Of a stretch of DNA of 62,247 nt, positions 20,218 to 30,814 are shown one piece after another (positions within the stretch are counted from its first letter, which is position 1; every line of letters starts with the position of its first letter). This DNA is from Termitinemataceae bacterium. GTDB taxonomy: Bacteria > Spirochaetota > Spirochaetia > Treponematales > Breznakiellaceae. A program made the translations under genes and the position numbers. The notes beneath the pieces are model-generated. The model did not search any database. It saw nothing but the letters and a program-made list of their open reading frames with translations, and was not told the origin of the DNA. Where the stretch lies: contig BTID01000001.1 of the NCBI GenBank assembly GCA_036245275.1, positions 1 through 62,247 of the forward strand, in the 5' to 3' direction.

Positions 20218-20657
20218 ATCGTATACTCCGCGCCGATATTTGTTTTGTAATCTTTTACCAAGTCTGCAATTGATACCGAATCAATACATTCTGTAATGGC
20301 ATTATACAGATCGCGCCATGTTGCATGCGAGGTGCAGTCATCTTCTTTTGGGCAATATTTTTCGTCAACGCAAGGTGCCGGTTTTAAAGAGGCTTCCACG
20401 CTGCGTAAAACTTCACCGGCACTTATTTGAGAGGCAGACTTTTTTAGTGTATACCCGCCTTGCGCTCCGCGTTCACTGTGAATAATTCCTGCTTTTCGCA
20501 GTGGTATAAAAAGTTGTTCTAAATAACCTTCGGAAATCCCTGTTTGTTCCGCTACCTCGCGCGCACTTATATGTTCATCTTTGCTGTTAAGAGCCAAAAA
20601 TAAAACAGCCTCTAATGAATACCGCCCTTTTGTTGAAATTCGCAATAAAATCTCCAT
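20214..20657 (-). CDS. Rrf2 family transcriptional regulator with IscR/NsrR-like C-x5-C-x5-C cluster-binding motif
   Basis: I place the start at MEILLRISTKGRYSLEAVLF (ATG 20657). The ORF-track extension to 20807 overlaps the upstream gene. CVDEKYCPKEDDC gives Cx5Cx5C. Confidence 0.85.
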   Translation of the reverse strand: MEILLRISTKGRYSLEAVLFLALNSKDEHISAREVAEQTGISEGYLEQLFIPLRKAGIIHSERGAQGGYTLKKSASQISAGEVLRSVEASLKPAPCVDEKYCPKEDDCTSHATWRDLYNAITECIDSVSIADLVKDYKTNIGAEYTI

Positions 20658-20695
20658 AAAATTGTTCACATGTTGTAAACAAATAGCAATATGCC

Positions 20696-21970
20696 CTATA
20701 TACAGCCTTTGATTGCGGCAGCTGCGGCGGAGGCTGGACTCATTAGGTGAACCATGCCGCCTGCACCCATGCGGCCGAAAAAGTTGCGGTTTGTAGTTGA
20801 TGCGCAAACTTCACCTTTCGCGAGAACACCGTTAGACATACCTAAACAGGCACCGCAGGTAGGGTTTGTAACACAAAAACCTGCATCCATAAAAATCTCT
20901 ATTAAATTTTCTTTAAGCGCCTGCGAATAGATTGCAGGTGTAGCAGGAGAGACAATAGCCCGCACTGTATCTGCAACTTTTTTACCTTTAATTATTTTTG
21001 CAGCCTCTCTTAAGTCTTCTATACGCCCGTTTGTACACGAACCTATATAAACCTGATCTATTTTTGTGCCGGACAATTCCTTAATCGTTTTAACCTGATC
21101 CGGTTTGTAGTCAACTGTTGCAAGCGGCTCAATTGTAGAAGCATCGATATCAATCACTTTTGCAAACTGAGCATCCGGATCGCTGTGCCACTTTTTAAAA
21201 TCGGCAAGCGCCTCCTCTTTTGTTTTATACGATTTATCGCCGTCCGGACCTATGAACTTCCACAAATATTCAAGTGTTACTTTGTCGGCGGGGCATATAC
21301 CGCTTGTAGCACCAGCTTCCACAGACATATTGCAGATTGTAAGCCGTCCTTCCATACTCATATTTTCGATTACAGGTCCGCTAAACTCTATTACATGGTC
21401 TGTAGCACCGTTTACGCCGATTTTTGCAATTACGGCAAGTATTACATCTTTTGGATAAACGCCGTTTTTTAGATTGCCTGTCAAATTTATTTTGATGCTT
21501 TTAGGCTGTTTAAACGCGCAAACACCCTTTAAAATGCCTACTTCAAGGTCTGTTGTACCTACACCGGCGGCAAACGCACCGAATGCACCGTGTGTGCAAG
21601 TGTGGCTATCACCCATAATGATTGTGTATCCGGGGCGCGCAAAGCCGTATTCAGGGAAGATCGCATGGCATACGCCGTTTTTGCCAATATCAAAAAAATC
21701 TTTTATATTTTGACGGCGCGCCCAATCACGCAGTACCTTGCCCTGCTCTGCAGTTTTGCTGTCCTTTGCCGGCGTTACATGGTCAATTACAGCTTTAATT
21801 TTTGTGTTGTCAAAAACCTTGTCCATACCGCGTGCTGCTAGATCATTTATAGCGATTGGCGTGGTAATTTCGTGGCAGAATACAGCATCAAGTTTTAACA
21901 CGAATGTATCATCTGCCGGTGTATCCACCAAGTGTGCGTCAAATATTTTTTGCGAAGTTGTCTTTCCCAT
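20696..21970 (-). CDS. Aconitase-family dehydratase large subunit (3-isopropylmalate/homoaconitate dehydratase LeuC/HacA-like)
   Basis: MGKTTSQKIFDAHLV..., the DSHTCTHGAFGAFA, GSCTNGR and CGACLGM motifs (Fe-S ligands), and the ~420 aa size. No small-subunit (LeuD-like) ORF flanks it. Confidence 0.8.
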   Translation of the reverse strand: MGKTTSQKIFDAHLVDTPADDTFVLKLDAVFCHEITTPIAINDLAARGMDKVFDNTKIKAVIDHVTPAKDSKTAEQGKVLRDWARRQNIKDFFDIGKNGVCHAIFPEYGFARPGYTIIMGDSHTCTHGAFGAFAAGVGTTDLEVGILKGVCAFKQPKSIKINLTGNLKNGVYPKDVILAVIAKIGVNGATDHVIEFSGPVIENMSMEGRLTICNMSVEAGATSGICPADKVTLEYLWKFIGPDGDKSYKTKEEALADFKKWHSDPDAQFAKVIDIDASTIEPLATVDYKPDQVKTIKELSGTKIDQVYIGSCTNGRIEDLREAAKIIKGKKVADTVRAIVSPATPAIYSQALKENLIEIFMDAGFCVTNPTCGACLGMSNGVLAKGEVCASTTNRNFFGRMGAGGMVHLMSPASAAAAAIKGCI

Positions 21971-21981
21971 ATTTTCTCCTG

Positions 21982-23490
21982 CTACTTTTTCCAGTACCTA
22001 AAGAATATTCCCATAACTCCCGGCACGGCAGCTATGCGGTTGAATAATGATGGTCCTGATAGGAAACTAACTATTGCGCGTACTCCCTTGTAGAGTTTTT
22101 TTGAGTAGGGCTGCCAGACCAAGCTGCGTTTAGAAAACGGCAGAATATCATCTACAACTACTTGTGCTTTAAGCATTTCTTGAAAGCCGATTTTTCCGTG
22201 TGTGCGTCCAATGCCTGAATCGCCAAAACCGCCCCATGGTGTTTCTGCAAGTGCATAGGACATTAAGTGATCGTTTATCATAACCGAACCTGCATTTATC
22301 TGTAAAGCAATTTTTTTTGCACGAGTATGATTTGCCGACCACACAGAACCAGACAAGCCGTAAGGGGAATCGTTAGCGATACTTATAGCGCAGGCAGCAT
22401 CATCTACAGGAATGACAGCTACAACCGGTCCGAATATTTCTTCTGTCATTACCGGCATAGAATTTTTTACATCGGTTAGAACGAGTGCCGGTGCAAAAAG
22501 AGTTTGATCATTTAAATCGCCGCCCTGACTTTTTGCTGCAATCTTTGCGCCGCCTGAAATGCATGCATCTATTTGCTCTTTGAACTTTTGTTTTTGGCGC
22601 TCGTTTACAAGAGGGCCGACATCGGAATCTAAATCATCACCTACGCGAAGTTTTTCAACAAGTATAGATAGTTTTTTTAAGAATTTTTCATACACTGATT
22701 TATAAACCAAAACACGCTGAATACCGCCGCAGATCTGTCCGGCACTTGAAAACCCTGCCCATATAATGCCTTTTGCAGCTTTATCTAAATTTGCATCTGC
22801 ACAGATTACGGCAGCATCTGCACCGCCTAATTCCAAAACAAGCGGCAGTAAACGCGGTGCTGCAAGAGCTGCCAATTCTTTACCTGTTTTAGCAGAGCCT
22901 GTAAAAAATATTTTATCTACGCCGCCGTCAATAAATGCCCTGCCGGCTTCTTCACCTTTTATTTCCACATAATTAAAAAGACCTTTTGGAAGATCGGCAG
23001 CTTCAAAAATTGCAGCAAGTGCGCGTCCTACATTAACAGTGTTGGAAGCTGTCTTTAGAATTACTGCATTGCCTGCTAAGAGTGCCATTACAACTTCTGA
23101 AAAGGGAATTGCAAGCGGAAAGTTCCATGGCGTGATAATTCCGATTACTCCAAAAGGCTTGTAAACCATGCGGCTGATTTTGTTGAACATAAGTATGCAC
23201 CCAAGACCGATACCGGTAGACCGCATAAATTTTTTGCCGTTGCTAATGTAGTATGAAAGCGACATCACTGCCGATAGAATTTCTGTGGACAAAATATCAT
23301 ATTTTAATTTGCCGTTATCCTTGTGAACGGTTTCTACAAGCTCATCAACATGCCGTCCTAAATAAGGACCGATTTTTTTTATGTGCTTTGCACGTTGCCC
23401 GTAAGACAACAGCGCCCATTCACTTTGCGCTTTACGCGCTTGCGCTGCAATCGTGCTTATATCATTTGATGTTACTTGAAAATTGCTCAT
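21982..23490 (-). CDS. Aldehyde dehydrogenase family protein (hydrophobic C-terminal tail)
   Basis: FTGS.KTG, ELGG and the catalytic Cys context (GQICGGIQRV), plus EEIFGPV. Confidence 0.85.
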   Translation of the reverse strand: MSNFQVTSNDISTIAAQARKAQSEWALLSYGQRAKHIKKIGPYLGRHVDELVETVHKDNGKLKYDILSTEILSAVMSLSYYISNGKKFMRSTGIGLGCILMFNKISRMVYKPFGVIGIITPWNFPLAIPFSEVVMALLAGNAVILKTASNTVNVGRALAAIFEAADLPKGLFNYVEIKGEEAGRAFIDGGVDKIFFTGSAKTGKELAALAAPRLLPLVLELGGADAAVICADANLDKAAKGIIWAGFSSAGQICGGIQRVLVYKSVYEKFLKKLSILVEKLRVGDDLDSDVGPLVNERQKQKFKEQIDACISGGAKIAAKSQGGDLNDQTLFAPALVLTDVKNSMPVMTEEIFGPVVAVIPVDDAACAISIANDSPYGLSGSVWSANHTRAKKIALQINAGSVMINDHLMSYALAETPWGGFGDSGIGRTHGKIGFQEMLKAQVVVDDILPFSKRSLVWQPYSKKLYKGVRAIVSFLSGPSLFNRIAAVPGVMGIFFRYWKK

Positions 23491-24302
23491 TAGTTTTTCC
23501 TGCCTGTAAATTTATCCATTGCCTTGTTCATACCCAAGAAGTCCGTAACTGCATCAAAAAATCCGACAGGAAATATGCGGCAAAGGTAAACCATATACAT
23601 AAATGCGGGAAGCACAAGACGTTTTTTATTTTTTAGGACTGCCTTAACAATTTGTTTTGCCATAAATGTTGCTTTATAAATTGGAACAAGAAATTCAAAA
23701 CGGATTTTTACACCGGCAAACATACCTGTGTCGATAAAACTTGGGCAGATTACCGTTGTCCGCACTTTACTTTTAAGGCGGCGTAATTCAAAACGGAGTG
23801 CCTCGTTATACGAAAATGCAGCAGCCTTGCTTGCCGAATAATCTGCTAAACCTGCAATTGCCACTATAGCTACAGCAGATGAAATAGTTACAATGTGACC
23901 GCTGTTACGTTTTATCATTGAAGGCAGAAATGCTTTGCCTGTCCAAAAAAGGGAAAGCACATTTACTGCCATCGTCTTTTCTATTTTTTCATCAGGTGTA
24001 TCCAAAAATTTGCTGCCTGAAACTATTCCCGCATTGTTGATAAGTATATCCAGAGGACCTACTTCATCTTCCAGCACCTTTGCTTGACGGTAAACTGCTT
24101 CGCGATCTGTAACATCGCAAACCATGCCTTTGATAAAGAAGCCCTTCTCGCGGCCTTCGTCTTCAAAACTTTTAAGGGTATCGGCATTAATGTCCCATAC
24201 TACAACCTTAGCGCCGCGCTGTGCAAAATCAAGACTCATTAAGCGTCCGATACCGCTGGCACCGCCGGTTACTAAAACAACATTGTCTTTTACATTCTTC
24301 AT
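23490..24302 (-). CDS. Short-chain dehydrogenase/reductase (SDR)
   Basis: VTGGASGIGR (TGxxxGxG), NNAG and YSASKAA (YxxxK). It has a 1-nt overlap with the downstream ALDH gene. Confidence 0.85.
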   Translation of the reverse strand: MKNVKDNVVLVTGGASGIGRLMSLDFAQRGAKVVVWDINADTLKSFEDEGREKGFFIKGMVCDVTDREAVYRQAKVLEDEVGPLDILINNAGIVSGSKFLDTPDEKIEKTMAVNVLSLFWTGKAFLPSMIKRNSGHIVTISSAVAIVAIAGLADYSASKAAAFSYNEALRFELRRLKSKVRTTVICPSFIDTGMFAGVKIRFEFLVPIYKATFMAKQIVKAVLKNKKRLVLPAFMYMVYLCRIFPVGFFDAVTDFLGMNKAMDKFTGRKN

Positions 24303-24336
24303 ATTACAGAAATCTCCTTTTCATAAAACAGCTTAA

Positions 24337-27300
24337 TTATAACATGCTGCTGCATGGCAATACTAGAGTATCAACATTATCATAAATCTTATCATCAATG
24401 TTAATGCAATGTCCGCTGCGTGTATAAAATAAATATGTTTTTATTGATTGTGCATATTCCGGAAAAATATCAGCGCATGCTTTTTTGTAAATTGAAAGTT
24501 GCACCGCATGGTTTTGCGGAACTTCTGACTTGTCGGTTTTGTAATCAACAATGTAGAGTGTGCCAGCGTGTGCAAAAAGTAAATCGATCTGTCCTGAAAC
24601 ATACATATTTTTTTTGTCTGTTTTAAACAACGACAAAAATGAATATTCAGTTTTTATTAAATTTGGTTTTGTTAGGCGAACTTCAGTTAGTAACTTATAT
24701 AGATCAGTATCTAAAAATTTACCGCTTAACTCTTTTGCAAAATCAATAATTTTTTCAAAATAATTATTGCTTGTTAAATGATGTAATGAGGGACTTAAAT
24801 GCACCGGAGCATCCTTTACAAGTGCTTCCATATAATTATGAACAACAATACCAAAATCGGCGGCACTAATTTCTGCTGAACGCAGCAATGCACTTAGCTC
24901 ATCTGTGCCGCTTTCAATTTCGCCGGAAAATAACAAATACTGCTTTTCTACTTGCTCATTGTGCTCCTGCAATTTACTTGCCTGCAAAAAATAATTATTT
25001 TGTAATGGAGGATTGTGCAGAACGGATTTTTCGTAAAGTTCAGAAGCTGTCGTTAGTTTTTCTTCAAATGCTGATGATGTTGTGCTGTATGTGTGTACAT
25101 TGCCGCATTTAGCAGTAATGTCATGCACTTCAGCTTTTGTGTATGCATGTAAATTGACGATCTTGTATATTTTGTTGCTTTTGTTTTCTACCAATGCAGG
25201 CAATAGTAAATCCAAAAAACTTGGAACTGTATAGTTTTCTTTAAGCGCATTTTTACGTTTTTCTATTAGCAGCGAACATCTTAAATTTATTTCTTCATCC
25301 GCATTCATAAGATCAATCTCAGGATGCATTTCTTTTTCTTTTTTTGTCAGCTTACTTAATGCGGCGCTTATAAAAAGTTTTGATTCTGCGCGTGTCATAG
25401 CAACGTATAATAAACGGCGTAACTCTGCAGTTTCCATAAGCTGCTCTTTATATTTTGCATCGTCAAAAAAATAATTCCGCACTTTTTTGATGCCGATTTT
25501 TTCATTGCTAATTAATTCTTCGCTTGCCGCAGGCAGATTAAAACATGGTCCAAAAAGGCTATCAAAATAAATCAAGTCAGAATTGCTTAATGCCTTTGCA
25601 TCTGCCGAACATCCAAAAACAAAAACAACAGGAAATTCCAAACCTTTACTTTTGTGAACAGACATCAAAGCTACACCTTCTTTTCGTTCAAGCGGCACAT
25701 CTAATTCATCACTTTTTGTTTTCATTGCGTCCATGTGATCAAGGAATTCCGATAAATTCTTTCCGCGATCATCGCAGTTTTTTGCCATCTCAAAAAGATA
25801 ATCATAAAGCTCGCCGTATATTTGCGACTGTGCACTGTTTAAAGTTTCGTGTTTATAACCATAATCTTCCCACAGTTTTGTAATTAATTCTTTTGTAGTT
25901 ATTTTTGCGGAAATCTCTTTTATTTTGTTGTAAAAATCTGCTGCATACCTAAAAGATTCAATTTCGTTTTCTTGCAATTCTGCTTCTACACTTTTAGAAA
26001 ACGGTATTTTTTGCAAGCTGTTTGTAAAATTAAACATGCAGCTAAGAAACATCTTGTCGTCAAAACGTACAAATGGCGACCGTAAAAATGCAGCATAAGA
26101 AAGGCTGTCGTGCGGGTAAACGATTAAACGGATAAGACTTAGCATATCGTTTACAACAGCTTCATAAAATAAGTCTTGAGTTTTTTCGGCGTTATACGGT
26201 ATGCCGAATGCCTTAAACTGTTTTTCCAAAACATTTTGATTACTGTAACTGCGTTGCAGTACGGCAAAATCTTTATACGTGCATGGAGTTTCGATAATGT
26301 CCGCACCAGAACGCCGCCTAACAGGGGTTTTTTCTTTTACCATTGTATAAATTGTTTTTGCAACAAAGACCGCTTCTGCATCATGACAGGAAACCTGATT
26401 TTCGTTGTCTTTTATATCATCCGATTTTAAAAAACATATATTTAAAGGCTGCTCTTTTGATTCATCAATGTTTTTTTTGGAATACAGTTTTGTAAAAACC
26501 GCTTCGTATAACGGCGTGTCTTTGCTATCTTTCAAAAAAACCGCATCAAACAGGTAGTTAAACGAATTGATCAATGCCGGATCTGATCGGTAGTTATGTG
26601 CCAGATTTATGTTGTCAGGTATCTCTTTAATCAATGAGCGGAAAACGGAAACATCAGCGCCGCGGAATTTATAAATAGATTGTTTTTCGTCTCCTACAAA
26701 AAATAATTTATTATTTATTAATTCACAAGCTTGCGCAGGCGATTTAATTTTGCGCTCCATATTTTCTGCCAATAAAAACAACAAGTTTTTTTGTAAGTTA
26801 TTGTTGTCTTGAAATTCATCGCACATAACTGCTTTAAATTGTCTTTTGTACATATCGCGTATGTCAGGATGTTCAATCAATGCCTTTAATGCAAGAGATG
26901 CAATGTCGTTGAATGTTAAAATCCCAGAGCTGCGTTTTTGTTTGTTAAAATGTTTTTGAAACTCGTCCATAAGACTAAAGATTTCTTTTACCAAATCAAA
27001 CTGAAAGTATGTATTGACTAGCGAAACAAGTTTTTGATGATACTCTCTGATATTTTTAAGATGACCTGAAATAATTTCTACAGGTTTGTCGTTTTTACTG
27101 CTTGGTAACTTTACAGAACAATAAGCACCGGTAATCTCCAAAAATTTAAATATATCTTCTTTCTTTAAGTCTTCTAAATTACCTATCTTGTAATCAAAAT
27201 TTTGATTTACAATGTTTTCCATTGCGGCATAGAACTGTGTCGTTTTACTTTTTATTAAAGGGCTGTTATGTTTTATGTTTTCTATAGCTTCAATTGTTTT

Positions 27301-27930
27301 ATCTTTATATTCCCGCCATGTTTGTAAAACTTTTTGTAACTGCTTTTCGTAATAAACATAGCAGTCTAATGGAGTTGTAATAGAACTTAATTCGTTTAGC
27401 ACAGATGCGGCAAAAATATTGTGCGCAATTTTTGTGATATTGTGTTCGCAAATAAGGTTTTGCAATGCGGTGTTTTCACGGTTTTTAAGCACAAACGGTA
27501 AAGCTGCATTCTGTGCAAGCTCTGCAACACCTTTGTTATCAACTGTAAAATCCGGCGCGATACCATATCTTGGAGCGGCAATACGTGCAACCTGAGTGCA
27601 AAACGAATCGAATGTTACAATGTTTGCTTTATTAAATTCTTCCACTGCTTTTCTTGCATGCGGATTATTTTTTTGTTCATACAATGTTTTATAAATTCGC
27701 TCCGACATCTCTGCGGCAGCTTTTTTTGTAAATGTCATAGTTAGAATTTCGTCTACGTTTAAACCGTCTTTTATAATTAGATATGCAAAACGTGCCGAGA
27801 GCACTTTTGTCTTACCGGAGCCTGCGCCTGCAGTAACAACAACATTGTTACCGGCTGTTACAGCCGCTCTCTGATCCGAATCAAACTGATTTTCTTTGTC
27901 TATAATGTGTAAAACTTCTTCGCTATTCAT
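24337..27930 (-). CDS. addA: AddA/RexA-like UvrD-family helicase with C-terminal PD-(D/E)XK nuclease
   Basis: Walker A is AGAGSGKTKVLSARF. UvrD motifs are present (CDEFQDNN, VGDEKQSIYKFRGA, MSVHKSKGLEF). The C-terminal nuclease motif is GQIDLLF...YIVDYKTDK. Confidence 0.8.
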   Translation of the reverse strand: MNSEEVLHIIDKENQFDSDQRAAVTAGNNVVVTAGAGSGKTKVLSARFAYLIIKDGLNVDEILTMTFTKKAAAEMSERIYKTLYEQKNNPHARKAVEEFNKANIVTFDSFCTQVARIAAPRYGIAPDFTVDNKGVAELAQNAALPFVLKNRENTALQNLICEHNITKIAHNIFAASVLNELSSITTPLDCYVYYEKQLQKVLQTWREYKDKTIEAIENIKHNSPLIKSKTTQFYAAMENIVNQNFDYKIGNLEDLKKEDIFKFLEITGAYCSVKLPSSKNDKPVEIISGHLKNIREYHQKLVSLVNTYFQFDLVKEIFSLMDEFQKHFNKQKRSSGILTFNDIASLALKALIEHPDIRDMYKRQFKAVMCDEFQDNNNLQKNLLFLLAENMERKIKSPAQACELINNKLFFVGDEKQSIYKFRGADVSVFRSLIKEIPDNINLAHNYRSDPALINSFNYLFDAVFLKDSKDTPLYEAVFTKLYSKKNIDESKEQPLNICFLKSDDIKDNENQVSCHDAEAVFVAKTIYTMVKEKTPVRRRSGADIIETPCTYKDFAVLQRSYSNQNVLEKQFKAFGIPYNAEKTQDLFYEAVVNDMLSLIRLIVYPHDSLSYAAFLRSPFVRFDDKMFLSCMFNFTNSLQKIPFSKSVEAELQENEIESFRYAADFYNKIKEISAKITTKELITKLWEDYGYKHETLNSAQSQIYGELYDYLFEMAKNCDDRGKNLSEFLDHMDAMKTKSDELDVPLERKEGVALMSVHKSKGLEFPVVFVFGCSADAKALSNSDLIYFDSLFGPCFNLPAASEELISNEKIGIKKVRNYFFDDAKYKEQLMETAELRRLLYVAMTRAESKLFISAALSKLTKKEKEMHPEIDLMNADEEINLRCSLLIEKRKNALKENYTVPSFLDLLLPALVENKSNKIYKIVNLHAYTKAEVHDITAKCGNVHTYSTTSSAFEEKLTTASELYEKSVLHNPPLQNNYFLQASKLQEHNEQVEKQYLLFSGEIESGTDELSALLRSAEISAADFGIVVHNYMEALVKDAPVHLSPSLHHLTSNNYFEKIIDFAKELSGKFLDTDLYKLLTEVRLTKPNLIKTEYSFLSLFKTDKKNMYVSGQIDLLFAHAGTLYIVDYKTDKSEVPQNHAVQLSIYKKACADIFPEYAQSIKTYLFYTRSGHCINIDDKIYDNVDTLVLPCSSML

Positions 27931-27933
27931 TTT

Positions 27934-30696
27934 TTATCCTGTATTCAAATGATATGTCTTTCTGCAAACAGTTTTGTAATCACAAGAATGGCATATAAAA
28001 GACGATACATCTTTTGTAGATAAATCATAGGCCAAAACTTTATCGTGATAAATCTTTAGATATTCTTCCAGAGCATACATTGTATTTTGATAAACAGCAC
28101 GGTCTTTTTTTGTTTCATCATCAATAATAGTTGTGTAGTCTCTGTCAACAAGGCTTGCAAAAACAGCAGAGGCGATTTTTTTATTTTTTAGATTTTCGTA
28201 TAACTTTACATAGACAGCCATTTGAAAGTTGAATAAATCGCCGTTCTCGTTTGCAGTGCAGTCCCTTATTGCCGGAGTGTTTTTTGTTTTGTAATCTATA
28301 ATGACAGGATTGTTTTTTTTATCAATGGAAACGCGGTCTATAAAACCTTTTAAAAGTATAGAGCCGCTAAGAGGCAATTCACAGTTTTGTTCAATATAAC
28401 ATTCCAATTCGTCTATTCCATAGCCGTCATATTTTTTAGATTCTGATACAAGATAGCTGCCTAGTATATTGCAAACAGATCGTGTTAACGGCACAACAAA
28501 AGGCTTAATTAAAACGCTTGGATGTTCATTCTGTGTCAAAAAATATTCACTGGTAATTTCAAACAACCACTCTTTGTATAGCGGAATATTTTTTGCAATA
28601 AATATCTTGTCTGTTTCTTTTATCTTTTTGTATAGTTTGCTTAGCACTAAATGAAGGATTAAACCTTTCGAATCGGCATCCAACATTTCCGCTTCCACTT
28701 TAAGCTCTTTTATATCAAGCAGCCTTCCGTATAACCATTTTTGCGGACACTCAAAAAAAATATTTAAGTCGCTTGCAGACACTTTTATACAACTATTTTC
28801 CTCGTTAGATGATATACCCAATACGTTATGATCTTTTTGCATAATCTTTTCTTTGTATTCAGGCAATATGATTTTTTGTTTGCCTTCTTTTGCATTTTGT
28901 TTTGATGCCGAATACACAGCGAACCAATTTTTAAAACTCATTTTTTGTGCAGGGTATAAGTTCACAGGGAATAGAGCTTCATCTGCCCACCATGATTTTT
29001 CCTCTGTGTATGAATCCGGTTGCGGTACGGCATTTTTAATTCTATCGTTCCAAAAACTGTGCGGCAATGACCATCCGGAAAACGCATGCAAAGAACAGCT
29101 TATATACTGGGCATTGTATGCTTTAAAATATTCTGCAGAAACAGAAATATCTTCTACATTAAGTGCTTTACGTTTGTCGTTATTTAAAAATTTTAAAGGT
29201 TTATACACTATACTTGCAGCATTCTGCGATACATTCATAATAAACCGGTATTTAAACGGCGATGCTGCAGCAACACGATATTCAAATATATGCACACCAT
29301 TATCTTCTCTTGCAGGAACATACTGTTTCTTTTTAAGCATAGAAATAAAAAAACTGTATGGATTTTCCGGCATAGGAATTGAATATTTTTTTTCGATATT
29401 TACCAAATTCCAAAGTTCTTCTATGCAGCGCGAAAGACTGTTTGAAAGTATTTTGTTTTCATAGCTCTCTTTATCTTCATCCTCATCTTTTGATTGTTCG
29501 CTAAAAAAATATTTTCTAAAATCAAAAAAGTTTTTGATCAGTATGGTAAACGATTTTGAATGTGTCATGCCGGTAACAGTTTTTTTTAGTTTTTTGTAAT
29601 ACTCGTGTAACAGAGTGTTTGGAGACAAAAACAATGCATTTTCCAGCACATCAACAAAACCGCTATCTTCATAATAACCGCACAGACAATTATTGTTTAT
29701 GGCAAAACGTATCAATTCCTGATTTATGTCAGGCATTTTCCATGGCAGATGATTATTGAATAGCAGTGCCTTTATCGACTTAAATGTCCAGTTGTTTTGC
29801 ACACATTCATCTGCCGCCTTCCAAAATCTGCCTGTTTCGTATTCGGCTAATGCCCTGCCGCTATGAGCATGCATCGGTATATCGTATAACGCAAATTCCC
29901 TTTTTATATAGGCTTCAATATTTTTAAGGTCAGGAACATTTACGGCAATATCCTCGTATGCAACGCCGTCTTCTTCGTATAATTTTTTTATCGATAATAT
30001 TATTCCGCGTAATTCAGTTCTTGCAGATTCATATAAATTTAAATTCGATTCAATCTTATCTTGTTGTATCTTAACAATTTTTACTTTGTCATTGTGTTCT
30101 AAAAAAATATCTTTATATATAGACCAGTCTTCTATAAGTTCAGGATAAAAAATAATATAGCAATTATCTGTTGCAGCAAATTCAAAACATATATCAGAAA
30201 TTTCGTAAGTATTAGTTGCACTCAAAAAATCATTGTATAACTTTTTTATTGTTAATAGATCAGTATCTTCGTTATCGGCATTACCTCCATTTGCAGCGTG
30301 CCTTTGCTGCCAATATGTCAAATACGGCAATGTAGCGGTAATGCTGTCTGCAAAAATTCCGCCGTCTTCTGCAAATTGTTTTGGTATTACAGAAATCAAC
30401 GGAAGCCCGTTATCTGTAATACCTGATGCAACGGCTTCTTTATTCCGCTTGATTAGATTTGTTGTAAACAAAAGACGTAACTCGGCACTCACAGGACGCA
30501 AACCGCCGTCCGTCTTGCACATCATCTCTTTAAACTTATCCCAGGCAAGAAAACGATCGCTAGCTACTGTATGCAGAAAATCGAATGTACACGATTTACG
30601 TCCCCACTGTTGTGCGTCAATATCACTAGGAAATACAAAATAGCAATTTTGGTTTTTTATATATTGACGAATATTTAATTCAATAACACTAGTCAT
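27934..30696 (-). CDS. addB: AddB/RexB-like PD-(D/E)XK nuclease subunit
   Basis: It lies immediately upstream of addA in the addB-addA order. The C-terminal nuclease motif is GFIDRVS...IIDYKTKN, followed by a Cys cluster (CHSCDYKTVC). It has no Walker A that I recognise. Confidence 0.7.
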   Translation of the reverse strand: MTSVIELNIRQYIKNQNCYFVFPSDIDAQQWGRKSCTFDFLHTVASDRFLAWDKFKEMMCKTDGGLRPVSAELRLLFTTNLIKRNKEAVASGITDNGLPLISVIPKQFAEDGGIFADSITATLPYLTYWQQRHAANGGNADNEDTDLLTIKKLYNDFLSATNTYEISDICFEFAATDNCYIIFYPELIEDWSIYKDIFLEHNDKVKIVKIQQDKIESNLNLYESARTELRGIILSIKKLYEEDGVAYEDIAVNVPDLKNIEAYIKREFALYDIPMHAHSGRALAEYETGRFWKAADECVQNNWTFKSIKALLFNNHLPWKMPDINQELIRFAINNNCLCGYYEDSGFVDVLENALFLSPNTLLHEYYKKLKKTVTGMTHSKSFTILIKNFFDFRKYFFSEQSKDEDEDKESYENKILSNSLSRCIEELWNLVNIEKKYSIPMPENPYSFFISMLKKKQYVPAREDNGVHIFEYRVAAASPFKYRFIMNVSQNAASIVYKPLKFLNNDKRKALNVEDISVSAEYFKAYNAQYISCSLHAFSGWSLPHSFWNDRIKNAVPQPDSYTEEKSWWADEALFPVNLYPAQKMSFKNWFAVYSASKQNAKEGKQKIILPEYKEKIMQKDHNVLGISSNEENSCIKVSASDLNIFFECPQKWLYGRLLDIKELKVEAEMLDADSKGLILHLVLSKLYKKIKETDKIFIAKNIPLYKEWLFEITSEYFLTQNEHPSVLIKPFVVPLTRSVCNILGSYLVSESKKYDGYGIDELECYIEQNCELPLSGSILLKGFIDRVSIDKKNNPVIIDYKTKNTPAIRDCTANENGDLFNFQMAVYVKLYENLKNKKIASAVFASLVDRDYTTIIDDETKKDRAVYQNTMYALEEYLKIYHDKVLAYDLSTKDVSSFICHSCDYKTVCRKTYHLNTG

Positions 30697-30779
30697 ATTT
30701 ACGGTGCCGTCTTAATTGTTTGTTAGCAACTTAAAACTATAACAAATATATCATTATGTCAATTATTGTTTTGCGCTAC

Positions 30780-30808
30780 TTGCAAGAAGCAGCATCAGTT
30801 TTTATACT
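30780..30808 (+). promoter_or_regulatory. Putative sigma70 promoter TTGCAA-17-TATACT ending 6 nt before the clpP ATG
   Basis: TTGCAA at 30780-30785 and TATACT at 30803-30808. The ATG is at 30815. No SD lies between. Confidence 0.4.
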
Positions 30809-30814
30809 ATATGT

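Noticed and set aside
20658-20807. 50-aa N-terminal extension of the second Rrf2 ORF
   Set aside because: It overlaps the 3' end of the aconitase-family gene. Rrf2 proteins begin at the M(x)L..STKGRY motif, found at 20657.
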